DNA of 62,624 nucleotides, counting the filler, from Anaerolineae bacterium (lineage in GTDB: Bacteria; Chloroflexota; Anaerolineae; Epilineales; Epilineaceae): assembly GCA_029262755.1 (NCBI GenBank). It is 8 parts of 8 records of this genome, joined end to end, with 100 filler letters (N's around TTAATTAATTAA, not from the genome) between each part and the next. Parts side by side here need not be neighbours in the genome. Positions count along the whole stretch, not along the records: positions 25,625 to 39,641 come from JAJCYU010000133.1; 7 more parts are not named here. One strand, given 5' to 3'. The notes beneath the pieces are model-generated. The model saw only the letters and a program-made list of their open reading frames with translations, was not told the origin of the DNA and did no database searches. Below are positions 27,144 to 34,904 of the stretch, piece by piece (the first letter of the stretch is position 1; every line of letters begins with the position of its first letter). The translations under genes were made by a program, and so were the position numbers.

Positions 27144-28870
27144 CGCGGCACCCGCCTTGGCCGAATCACCTCACACCAGAACCCCGCCCCCCACGCCACG
27201 TGCATCACGACCAGCGCAAGCGCGATGTGGCGCGCGGCGACCGGTGGTGTTGGGGGTGGGGGTGGAGGGACCGGGGAAGGAGGCCCCGAAGGAGTGCCGA
27301 CATCGGAGAGGTCGCGATCGACTGGAAACGCCCGGTCGACGTGGACTGGGCGATCGCGGGGATCCTCGTGCTCGACGTGGTCCTCGCCATCGACGCGGTC
27401 GTCGCGATCTACGCGGTCCTCGCGATCTATGTGGTCCTCGCCATCGGCGTGGTCCGCGCCATCGACGTGGTCCGCGCCATCGACGCGGCCCGCGCCATCG
27501 ACGTGGTCCTCGCCATCGACGCGGTCCCCGCCATCGACGTGGTCCTCGCCGTCTATGCGGTCCCCGCCATCGACGTGGTCCGCGCCATCGACGCTGCCCG
27601 CGCCATCGACGTGGTCCTCGCGATCTACGTTGCCCGCGCCATCGACGCGGTCCCCGCCATCGACGCGGTCCTCGCGATCGACGCGGTCCTCGCGATCGAC
27701 GCTGTCCGCACGATTGACGTAGCCCGCGCCATCGACGTAGCCCGCGCCATCAACGGTCCGATTCGCGGCCCGCGCACCGCGGAGGCTCGCGACCGCGACG
27801 AGCAGCGCGTAGGCGGCGGTGGTTGCGCCCACAATACGTCGTGCGGCAGCGGACCATGGGGCGGCGATTGCGCCGATCGCCAGCGTCGCGAACCACAGCG
27901 CCGGCGCCGCCTGCCGGGCGCGCAGCGAGCGAGGATGTCGGCGCCAGGTGGCGACTCGGCCGCGACCATATCCGTGATACTGGTGGGCCAAGGCCCGGGC
28001 CGTTTCGCGCGTGCGCGTCGTCGTGCGAATCGCCGGGTCCAGCCACACCGTGCCGCCCGCGGCTCGAATGCGCAGGCATAGTTCGTAGTCCTGGTTCGTG
28101 GGCAGCCCCTCGTCGAAACCGCCGAGCAGGGTGAGCACGTCGCGCGGCCACGCACCGAGGTACACCGTGTCGGTCGGCCCCGCACGTGAAGCATCGCGAA
28201 ACGCTGCGCCCCCGGTCCCGGCCGGCAACGCGGTCGCTCGTGCCACGGCCCGTCCGAACGATGTCGTACCGACACCGACCATCGGGCCGCCGACGGCCCA
28301 CGCCCCCGTGCAGCGCAGGGCACGTACGCACGCGCGCACGTAGTCCGGCGCGGGCCTTGCATGGGCGTCGAGACGGACGATCACCTCGCCTCGGCTTGCC
28401 GCCAGGGCCGCGTTCAATCCAGCCGGCGTGATGCCGGCGTCGTTGTCCACAAGCCGGATGCGCCCGTGCGGATCCCCGTCCGCCACGCGGCGAACGATCT
28501 CCCGGCTCCGATCGCGCGACCGCCCCTCGGCAACGACGGCCTCGAGCCGATCGTGCGGCCAATCGCCGTCGAGGATCGCCCGCAGCGCGTGGCCGACCAC
28601 GTGCTCGCCGTCGCGCACCGGCAGGATCACGCTGACGAAGGGGCTCTGCGCAATCACGACAGGCGCGGACGATGGCACGGATTCGGCCCCAATCGATCCT
28701 GCAGCCGAAAGCTCCCCGGCGCGTGGGCGAGCCGCGTCCGGTGCGGTTGGGCGATCGACGTCCGCGACGGCCCGTGCTCGCGCCGCGTCCGGTGCGGTTG
28801 GGCGAGCCGCATCCCATCCGCGCCGCGCGGCATCCGGGTTGCGTTCACGTTCCCTACCACGCTCGCTCAT
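27140..28870 (-). CDS. GT2 glycosyltransferase (ExoA-like) with acidic hexapeptide-repeat insertion
   Basis: VSVILPV, GLNAAL, RLDAH, DTVYLGAW, GGFDE, NQDYEL; ATG 28870 overlaps the upstream stop. Confidence 0.88.
   Translation of the reverse strand: MSERGRERERNPDAARRGWDAARPTAPDAARARAVADVDRPTAPDAARPRAGELSAAGSIGAESVPSSAPVVIAQSPFVSVILPVRDGEHVVGHALRAILDGDWPHDRLEAVVAEGRSRDRSREIVRRVADGDPHGRIRLVDNDAGITPAGLNAALAASRGEVIVRLDAHARPAPDYVRACVRALRCTGAWAVGGPMVGVGTTSFGRAVARATALPAGTGGAAFRDASRAGPTDTVYLGAWPRDVLTLLGGFDEGLPTNQDYELCLRIRAAGGTVWLDPAIRTTTRTRETARALAHQYHGYGRGRVATWRRHPRSLRARQAAPALWFATLAIGAIAAPWSAAARRIVGATTAAYALLVAVASLRGARAANRTVDGAGYVDGAGYVNRADSVDREDRVDREDRVDGGDRVDGAGNVDREDHVDGAGSVDGADHVDGGDRIDGEDHVDGGDRVDGEDHVDGAGRVDGADHVDGADHADGEDHIDREDRVDRDDRVDGEDHVEHEDPRDRPVHVDRAFPVDRDLSDVGTPSGPPSPVPPPPPPTPPVAARHIALALVVMHVAWGAGFWCEVIRPRRVPR
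27359..27754. repeat. 22 x 18-nt in-frame tandem repeat (VDG/R-A/E-D-H/R)
   Basis: + strand unit ~GCCATCGACGTGGTCCGC; 22 units counted from the translation. Confidence 0.97.
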
Positions 28871-30477
28871 CCGGCGTGCTCCCCGGTCGCGGCGTAGACC
28901 GCGAGGGTCGCGCGCGCCGCGTCGTCCCAGGTCCATGCGGAGGCGGCCCTGCGTTGGGCGGCTTCGAGGCGCGCTCGTTCGGCGCGATCGCCAAGCAGGG
29001 AGAGCAGGGCATCGGCGAACGTGGGAACAAAGACCGCGTCTTCGGATGCCGGCACCAGAAGACCACCGCCTTGCGCGAGTACTTCGGGCAGGCCGCCGAC
29101 GGCACTGGCAACCACGGCCCGGCCATGACCACGAGCCTGGGCGAGAATCGCGCTGTCATACGTATCCCGGTAGGGCAGCGCCACGACATCGCTTGCCACG
29201 AAGTAATCCGACACGGCGGCTTCCGGCACGTAGCCCGGTCGCCAAATGACGCTGCCTGCGATTCCCAACCCGGCGATGTGGCGCTCCCACGCAGTCACCG
29301 CATGGCGGCCGCCCGGCACCGGGCCGGCAACGACGAGGCGTGCGCCCGGGCTGCGCTCCTGCACGAGCCTCCACGCCGCAAGCAATCGATCGAGCCCCTT
29401 GTAGGGGCGAACGAGGCCGAAGAACAGGACGATGGGCACCTCCGGCGGCAGGTCGAGCTGGTCGCGAGCGTCGCGCCGGGCTGCGATCGGATCGCCATCG
29501 CCAAGCCGTGCGGGACCCGACGACGGCATCGGGATGACGTGGATCGACGCTCGCGTCGGGCGCACCTCGGCGGTCTCTTGCGCACCATGCGGCCGGCCGA
29601 GGAGCCGGCGTAGACGGACCGCCGTAGCCTCGGAATGAACGATGAGCGCATCCACCCGCGCGTAGTAGTTTCCCCACCGGAACGCATCGCGCGGCGTGGA
29701 CTCGTGCGGCAGCACGTTGTGAACCGTATGAATGACCCGGACGCCATCACGACGCGCGCGCCGCACAAACGCCGCATCCACGAGCGGAACCCCCGCCCAC
29801 TGCATGTGCAGGACGCTCGTCGAGCAAGGGCCGTTTCCCTGATCCCGCAGCAAGCGCAGCAGCGCTAGCCATGCCCGCGGATAATCGAGCGCTCGTCGGA
29901 CGCGGCGCAGGCTCCGCCGGCCGGAACGCTGAGCTGGAGATGGGCGCTGAGAGGCGGTCGCGATTCCCGATCCCCGTTCGGCAGGTGCACTGCGTGCGAG
30001 GAACCGGGCGAAGATCGCGCGTTCCGTGACCCCTTCCGGCATCGGGATGGAGTCATGCAGACGAGGCGTCGTGGCCAGCATCACGCGAGCGCCCATCCGT
30101 GCAAGCGCCGCCGCGAGATCATGGTCGTACGCGGGAACTTGGCGCGCGGGATCCACGAGCACGACGCTAAGATCGCCGACGGCGAAGAGGGCAGCAGACG
30201 CGTCGACCGTACCGTCGGCGTCGACCGTGCCGTCGGCGTCGACCGTGCCATCGGCGTCGACCGTGCCGCCGGCGTCGACCGTGCCGTCGGCGTCGACCGT
30301 GCCGTCAGCGTCGACCGTACCGTCGGCGTCGACCGTGCCGCCGGCGTCGACCGTGCCGTCGGCGTCGACCGTGCCGTCGGCGTCGACCGTGCCGTCGGCG
30401 TTGGCGTCGGCCGCATCGCTGGGCGCGTTATCCGCGTCGGCGGCATGGATCGCGTTGCGGGCTTGGGCGGTTGTCAC
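28867..30477 (-). CDS. Glycosyltransferase family 4 with N-terminal DADGTV repeats
   Basis: HMQW, HTVHNVLPHE, FFGLVRPYKG, DVVALPY, AVGGLPE. Confidence 0.9.
   Translation of the reverse strand: MTTAQARNAIHAADADNAPSDAADANADGTVDADGTVDADGTVDAGGTVDADGTVDADGTVDADGTVDAGGTVDADGTVDADGTVDADGTVDASAALFAVGDLSVVLVDPARQVPAYDHDLAAALARMGARVMLATTPRLHDSIPMPEGVTERAIFARFLARSAPAERGSGIATASQRPSPAQRSGRRSLRRVRRALDYPRAWLALLRLLRDQGNGPCSTSVLHMQWAGVPLVDAAFVRRARRDGVRVIHTVHNVLPHESTPRDAFRWGNYYARVDALIVHSEATAVRLRRLLGRPHGAQETAEVRPTRASIHVIPMPSSGPARLGDGDPIAARRDARDQLDLPPEVPIVLFFGLVRPYKGLDRLLAAWRLVQERSPGARLVVAGPVPGGRHAVTAWERHIAGLGIAGSVIWRPGYVPEAAVSDYFVASDVVALPYRDTYDSAILAQARGHGRAVVASAVGGLPEVLAQGGGLLVPASEDAVFVPTFADALLSLLGDRAERARLEAAQRRAASAWTWDDAARATLAVYAATGEHAG
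30205..30402. repeat. 11 x 18-nt in-frame tandem repeat (DADGTV)
   Basis: Near-perfect GTCGACCGTGCCGTCGGC units on the + strand. Confidence 0.98.
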
Positions 30478-31961
30478 GTGCGCTCCCGGGGCGGGTGAAC
30501 GAGGGCACGATACAGGGCCGCCAGCCGCGCGGCGACCGCGTCCGGCGCGTAGTCCGAGCGGACCGCTACGGCCGCTGCGGAGCCCAGGGCGCGGGCGAGA
30601 TTCGGATCCGCCAGCAGGCGAATCGTGGCCGCGGCGAGCGCGGTCGCATCGTCGACAGGGACGAGGAGCGCCGTTTTCCCGTCCACCACCGCCTGCGCGA
30701 TGCCCGGTATCTCGGTGCCGATGAGCGGGGCGCCCACCGCCATTGCTTCGAGCAGCACGAGCGGGAGACCCTCGCGGCGTGAAGGGAGCATGACAACGTC
30801 ACCCGCGCTCAGCAACGCAGCCACATTGTCGACCTCGTCCAACCAGCGGATGGCAGATGCCAACCCCATGCGAACGGCCTGGGTTGCCAGCCCAGCGCGC
30901 TCCGGCCCCACGCCGGCCAGGGCCACGACGAGTCCGGGAAATCGGTCGCGCATCGCGGGCAGGGCGTCGAGCAGCACGTCCACGCCTTTCTGACGGGTCA
31001 GGCGCCCGACGAAGACCAGCAGCGGGCCCTCGCCCGGGCCAAGCAACCGGGCTCGCAACGCGTTGACTGCCTCCGGCCCGCCCGCGCCGGAGGCGAAAAC
31101 GTCCGCATCGATCACGTTTGGAAAGACACGGACAGCGTCGGGATCGCCGCCGGCAGCGCGAGCGGCCCGAAGCATCTCGCCCTGGTCCGGTGACACCGTA
31201 AGGACGACCGAAGCCTTGCGCAGCACGCGCAAATCCAGATGGCGGTAGATGCGCAGGCGCCGCGTCGTGTTCGTGTGCAGGTGTACGGTGGCTACCCACG
31301 GCGGGAATGCGGCACGCGACGACCGGCCCGCTCCCGCCGCCCATGCGAGCAAGTCGGCCCGATAGTCGTGGGTGTGCACGAGATCCGCCCCCTGCGCCGC
31401 ACGTCCGATCGCGCGTACTCCCGCCCTCGACAAAGGGCCGGCATCCACAACCGCCGTCGTTGTCGCGCCGGCCTGCCGCGCCTCAGCCAACCAGCCGATC
31501 GCGGGCGAGCCGAACGCGCGGTTCGCAGAGTGCGTCGATTGCGCGGCGGACGTCGACTGCGCGTCAGACGTCGATGGTGCGTCGGACGTCGATTGTGCGT
31601 TGAACGTCGACGGTGCACCGGACGCCAACTGGGCGCCGGACGTCGATCGTGCGCCGGACGCTGACGTTGCTCCCGCCGATGGCTGAGCGTCCGGCGTCGA
31701 ATGGGCTTTGGACGTCGACTGGGCGCCGGACGTTGAGCCCGGACCGGTCCCCATCCCAACACCCTGCGCTTGACCCGCCGCGCTCGCGACCGACGCAGTA
31801 GTTCGTCCCGGCCGATGGAGGGCAAGCACGTGCACGGCGATGCCCTCGCGGGCCAGGCTGGGGAGGAGCTCGAGCAGCGCGCGTTCCGGTCCGTGGCGAC
31901 CATGGCTGCTACGCACGTGGAGCACGCGCACGGACGGGCGGGAGGGCGATGACGTGCTCAT
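30474..31961 (-). CDS. Glycosyltransferase family 4 with internal S/T/A-rich repeat insertion
   Basis: GPER, VHTHDY, FVGRLTRQKG, PSRREGLPLVLLEAMAVG. Confidence 0.9.
   Translation of the reverse strand: MSTSSPSRPSVRVLHVRSSHGRHGPERALLELLPSLAREGIAVHVLALHRPGRTTASVASAAGQAQGVGMGTGPGSTSGAQSTSKAHSTPDAQPSAGATSASGARSTSGAQLASGAPSTFNAQSTSDAPSTSDAQSTSAAQSTHSANRAFGSPAIGWLAEARQAGATTTAVVDAGPLSRAGVRAIGRAAQGADLVHTHDYRADLLAWAAGAGRSSRAAFPPWVATVHLHTNTTRRLRIYRHLDLRVLRKASVVLTVSPDQGEMLRAARAAGGDPDAVRVFPNVIDADVFASGAGGPEAVNALRARLLGPGEGPLLVFVGRLTRQKGVDVLLDALPAMRDRFPGLVVALAGVGPERAGLATQAVRMGLASAIRWLDEVDNVAALLSAGDVVMLPSRREGLPLVLLEAMAVGAPLIGTEIPGIAQAVVDGKTALLVPVDDATALAAATIRLLADPNLARALGSAAAVAVRSDYAPDAVAARLAALYRALVHPPRERT
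31530..31740. repeat. ~11-12 x 18-nt degenerate in-frame repeat (SxAQST)
   Basis: + strand unit ~GACGTCGAYTGNGCGNCG. Confidence 0.9.
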
Positions 31962-33430
31962 GATTTCCTCTGTATGAAGTCGCTGCCGCCGTGGTCGTCA
32001 TCGTGGCTGACACGGCCGTCGCTGTGTATGCCTCCGTATTCGCCGCGGGAGGCGCTGTGGTCGCCCGTGTCATTGTCAGCTTGGTTGAGACGGCCCTCGC
32101 TGTGGCCACCACCGTGGTCGCCGCGGGTGTCTACCCGGCCGTCCGCGGCGCCATCGCGGCCCACGTTGCCGTTGCCATCGCCGCCGGTTGCGCCGGCATC
32201 GCGCCCAGCGCCCATGCTCGCAAGCGATCGATTAGGCTTTCGGTCCGGCACCGGGCGGCCCGCGGCTGCGAGCCAGCCGGCGAGCGCGTCCTCGAGGCGG
32301 CGAGCGGACGTATCGGCCGAAAAGTGCGCCTCGGCTCGCTGCCGAGCGGCTCGAGCGAGCACCGCGCAACCATCCGGGTGCTCGAGCAAGCTCGCTAGGG
32401 CGGAGGCCAAGAGCGCGGACGAGCGCGGCGGCACGAGGAGGCCCGTCTTTCGATCCACGATCACCTCCGGGATGCCGCCCACCGCGCTCGCAATGGAGGC
32501 GCGACCTGCGGCGTGGGCCTCCAGGAGCGCTAGGCTCAAGCCTTCTGCGCGTGAGGGCAGGCATACGAGGTCACAGGCGGCCAGCCAACGCGGCATGTCC
32601 TTGCGGTGGCCGACGAAGCGCACTGCCTCCGCGAGTCCCGCCGCTCGTGCGAGAGCGGGCAACGTGCGGCGCAGCGGTCCGTCGCCCACGCAGACAACGA
32701 GCACGTCCGGGACGCGTTCGCGCAGGGCCGGCAGAGCGGCGAGCAGGTCCGCGTGGCCCTTGACCGGGTCGAGCCGTGCCGGGACCAGGACGATCGGCCG
32801 GTCTCGTTCGAGCTCGAGATCCGCGCGGGCCGTGGCGCGATCGCGCGGGGCAAAGCGCAGCAGGTCCACGCCGTGCGGCACGAGCGCGATGTCCGCCGCA
32901 GGCGCGCCGTCGGCCCGCAGCGCAGCGGCGGTCGCGGCGGAGATCGCGAGGTAGCGCAGGCCGGGCCGCAGCACACGCTCCGCGGCGCGCCGAGCACGGC
33001 CCCGTGGCGGACGATGGCCCTGATGCTGCACGATCGATTGCGGCACACCCGCCACGCGCGACGCCGCGAGAGCATAGGGCAGCACGCGGCTGTAGTGCTG
33101 GACGATCACCGCGTCGGCGCGCAGCTCGCGCAAGGCGGCGGCGATCGCGGTCACGGCACGCGGATCGCGTGCCCGCTCCATGCGCCCGAGCAGCCGCACG
33201 ACGGCCCCTGCCTCCACCGCGGCATCGACCAGCGCACCGCGCCGTCGCACGCACAACAGCACCGGCTCAAAGCGACGACGATCCAGGCGCCGCATCGCCT
33301 CGAGCGCGCCGCGCTGAGCCCCGCCTTCGCCGAAATCGAGGAAGACGAAGACGACCCGAGCGGGTCGGGCAGCGCGGTCCAAGAACGATTGCGGGGCGCG
33401 GAGCCGACGCAATCCGGGAACGCGTCTCAT
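31958..33430 (-). CDS. Glycosyltransferase family 4 with G/D/H-rich C-terminal tail
   Basis: GGAQR, HGVD, ARLDPVKG, PSRAEGLSLALLEA, VGGIPEVI. Confidence 0.9.
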   Translation of the reverse strand: MRRVPGLRRLRAPQSFLDRAARPARVVFVFLDFGEGGAQRGALEAMRRLDRRRFEPVLLCVRRRGALVDAAVEAGAVVRLLGRMERARDPRAVTAIAAALRELRADAVIVQHYSRVLPYALAASRVAGVPQSIVQHQGHRPPRGRARRAAERVLRPGLRYLAISAATAAALRADGAPAADIALVPHGVDLLRFAPRDRATARADLELERDRPIVLVPARLDPVKGHADLLAALPALRERVPDVLVVCVGDGPLRRTLPALARAAGLAEAVRFVGHRKDMPRWLAACDLVCLPSRAEGLSLALLEAHAAGRASIASAVGGIPEVIVDRKTGLLVPPRSSALLASALASLLEHPDGCAVLARAARQRAEAHFSADTSARRLEDALAGWLAAAGRPVPDRKPNRSLASMGAGRDAGATGGDGNGNVGRDGAADGRVDTRGDHGGGHSEGRLNQADNDTGDHSASRGEYGGIHSDGRVSHDDDHGGSDFIQRKS

Positions 33431-33984
33431 GCCGTGCAGCCGCCCAAAACGGGTGCCTCAACGAGGACCTCGAAGCTGGGTCCGGTGGCAGTGCGGGGCC
33501 GTCGACGCAGATGGTGACGCGGGTATTTGCGCCCCACGTTGCTAGGAACGGTGCGCAGCTTGGCGACGGCCGAGTCGAGTCGAACGTTGCCGTCAGAGTC
33601 ACGCAGCTTGGCGACGGCCGATTCGAGTCCGACGTTGCTGGTACAGTCGCGCAGCTTGGCGACGGCCGAGTCGAATCCAACGTTGCCGTTAGAGTCGCGC
33701 AGCTTGGCGACGTCCGAGTCGAGTCCGACGTAGCCGGTACAGTCGCGCAGCGCGGCGGCGGCCGAATCGCGTCCACCGTTGCCGGTACAGTCGCGCAGAT
33801 TGGCGCCGGCCGGTTCGAGTCCACCGTTGCCGTTAGAGTCGCACAGCTTGGCGACGGCCGAGTCGAGTCCAACGTCGCGCCCCCCTTTGCCGGCAGCAAC
33901 GCGCCCTACGTTGTCAGCCGCGTCGGACCGCATGGCGGCGGACATGGCTGATGTACGGCGCAGCCCGCGTTGGACGATGCTCAT
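33427..33984 (-). CDS. Putative 185-aa protein largely made of 16-aa repeats
   Basis: ATG 33984 overlaps the upstream stop and its TGA overlaps the downstream ATG (ATGA at both ends), like neighbouring junctions in the operon. No recognisable domain. Confidence 0.5.
   Translation of the reverse strand: MSIVQRGLRRTSAMSAAMRSDAADNVGRVAAGKGGRDVGLDSAVAKLCDSNGNGGLEPAGANLRDCTGNGGRDSAAAALRDCTGYVGLDSDVAKLRDSNGNVGFDSAVAKLRDCTSNVGLESAVAKLRDSDGNVRLDSAVAKLRTVPSNVGRKYPRHHLRRRPRTATGPSFEVLVEAPVLGGCTA
33554..33876. repeat. ~6.7 x 48-nt tandem repeat
   Basis: Unit ~CGCAGCTTGGCGACGGCCGAGTCGAGTCCAACGTTGCCGKTASAGTCG recurring every 48 nt. Confidence 0.97.
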
Positions 33985-34904
33985 CCGAAGCGCTCCGATC
34001 GGCCGTCGCGGGCGCGCAGCGCGTCGAGGACGGCCCAACCGTAGGCCGCGGCACTGCGTCGGCGGTGGGCGCGCCCGGCGTCGCGAGAGTCGGAAGGTGC
34101 GCCCGTGGCCCAGCGCGCCGCTTCGCGCGGAAGTGCGGCGATCGCGCCGGACCACGCGAGGGAGCGCGCTGTGGGGGAGCCGTGGCGGCGTGCGAAGCGG
34201 AGGCGGTTGCGTACCGTGTAGTAGCGGCGACGCGCGGGGTCGTCTGCGGTGCCGGCCGAGCCGTCGTGGTAGGCGATCGCGGCGGGCACGTAGCGCGTGC
34301 GCCAACCCGCGGCGCCGGCGCGCAGGCCCCAGTCCGCGTCGTCGTAGTAGAGGAAGGCTGCTTCGTCGAAGGGGCCGACCGCGTCCAATGCCGCGGTGCG
34401 CACGAGGCAGCAGGCGCCGCTCGGAGCATCGACCCACGGGGCGTCGGCGTAGCGGCCGTCGTCCGGCTCGCCGTCGCCGCGGGCACGAACGAGCGCACGG
34501 CGACGGTCGATGACGAGGCCGGTCGCGTTGAGCACATCGGGACGGTTCTCGTAGAGCAGCCGCGGCGTGACGGCGCCGAGCCGTTCGTCGGCGTGGAGGG
34601 CGGCGCTCAGGGCGTCGAGGGCCCCCGACTTCGGGCGACAATCGTCGTTGAGTAGGAGCACCGCGTGCGCGCCCTCGTCTCGGGCAACCGTAATGCCGGC
34701 GTTGACCGCCGCTGCCCATCCGCCATTCGTGCTCCCGGCGAGAACGCGCCACGCCGGAACGGCGTCGCGCAGCCAGTCGGTCGTGCCGTCGGTGGAGCCG
34801 TTGTCCACGACGATCACCCGCGGATTGTCCGCAGCGAGCGCGTCACGCAGCGCCGGCAAGCGCACGCGCGCGTTCCAGGTGGGCACGACGACGAAGGTAG
34901 TCAT
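33981..34904 (-). CDS. GT2 glycosyltransferase (rhamnosyltransferase-like)
   Basis: VVPTWN, VDNGSTDG, LLNDD, SGACCLVR, GPFDE.FLYYDDADW, RNRL. Confidence 0.92.
   Translation of the reverse strand: MTTFVVVPTWNARVRLPALRDALAADNPRVIVVDNGSTDGTTDWLRDAVPAWRVLAGSTNGGWAAAVNAGITVARDEGAHAVLLLNDDCRPKSGALDALSAALHADERLGAVTPRLLYENRPDVLNATGLVIDRRRALVRARGDGEPDDGRYADAPWVDAPSGACCLVRTAALDAVGPFDEAAFLYYDDADWGLRAGAAGWRTRYVPAAIAYHDGSAGTADDPARRRYYTVRNRLRFARRHGSPTARSLAWSGAIAALPREAARWATGAPSDSRDAGRAHRRRSAAAYGWAVLDALRARDGRSERFG

Noticed and set aside
33554..33876. 48-nt array as a CRISPR array or tRNA-derived repeat (GGTTCGAGTCC in one unit)
   Set aside because: Whole units are similar with no unique spacers and no cas genes; the T-loop-like word lacks a proper T-stem and cloverleaf.
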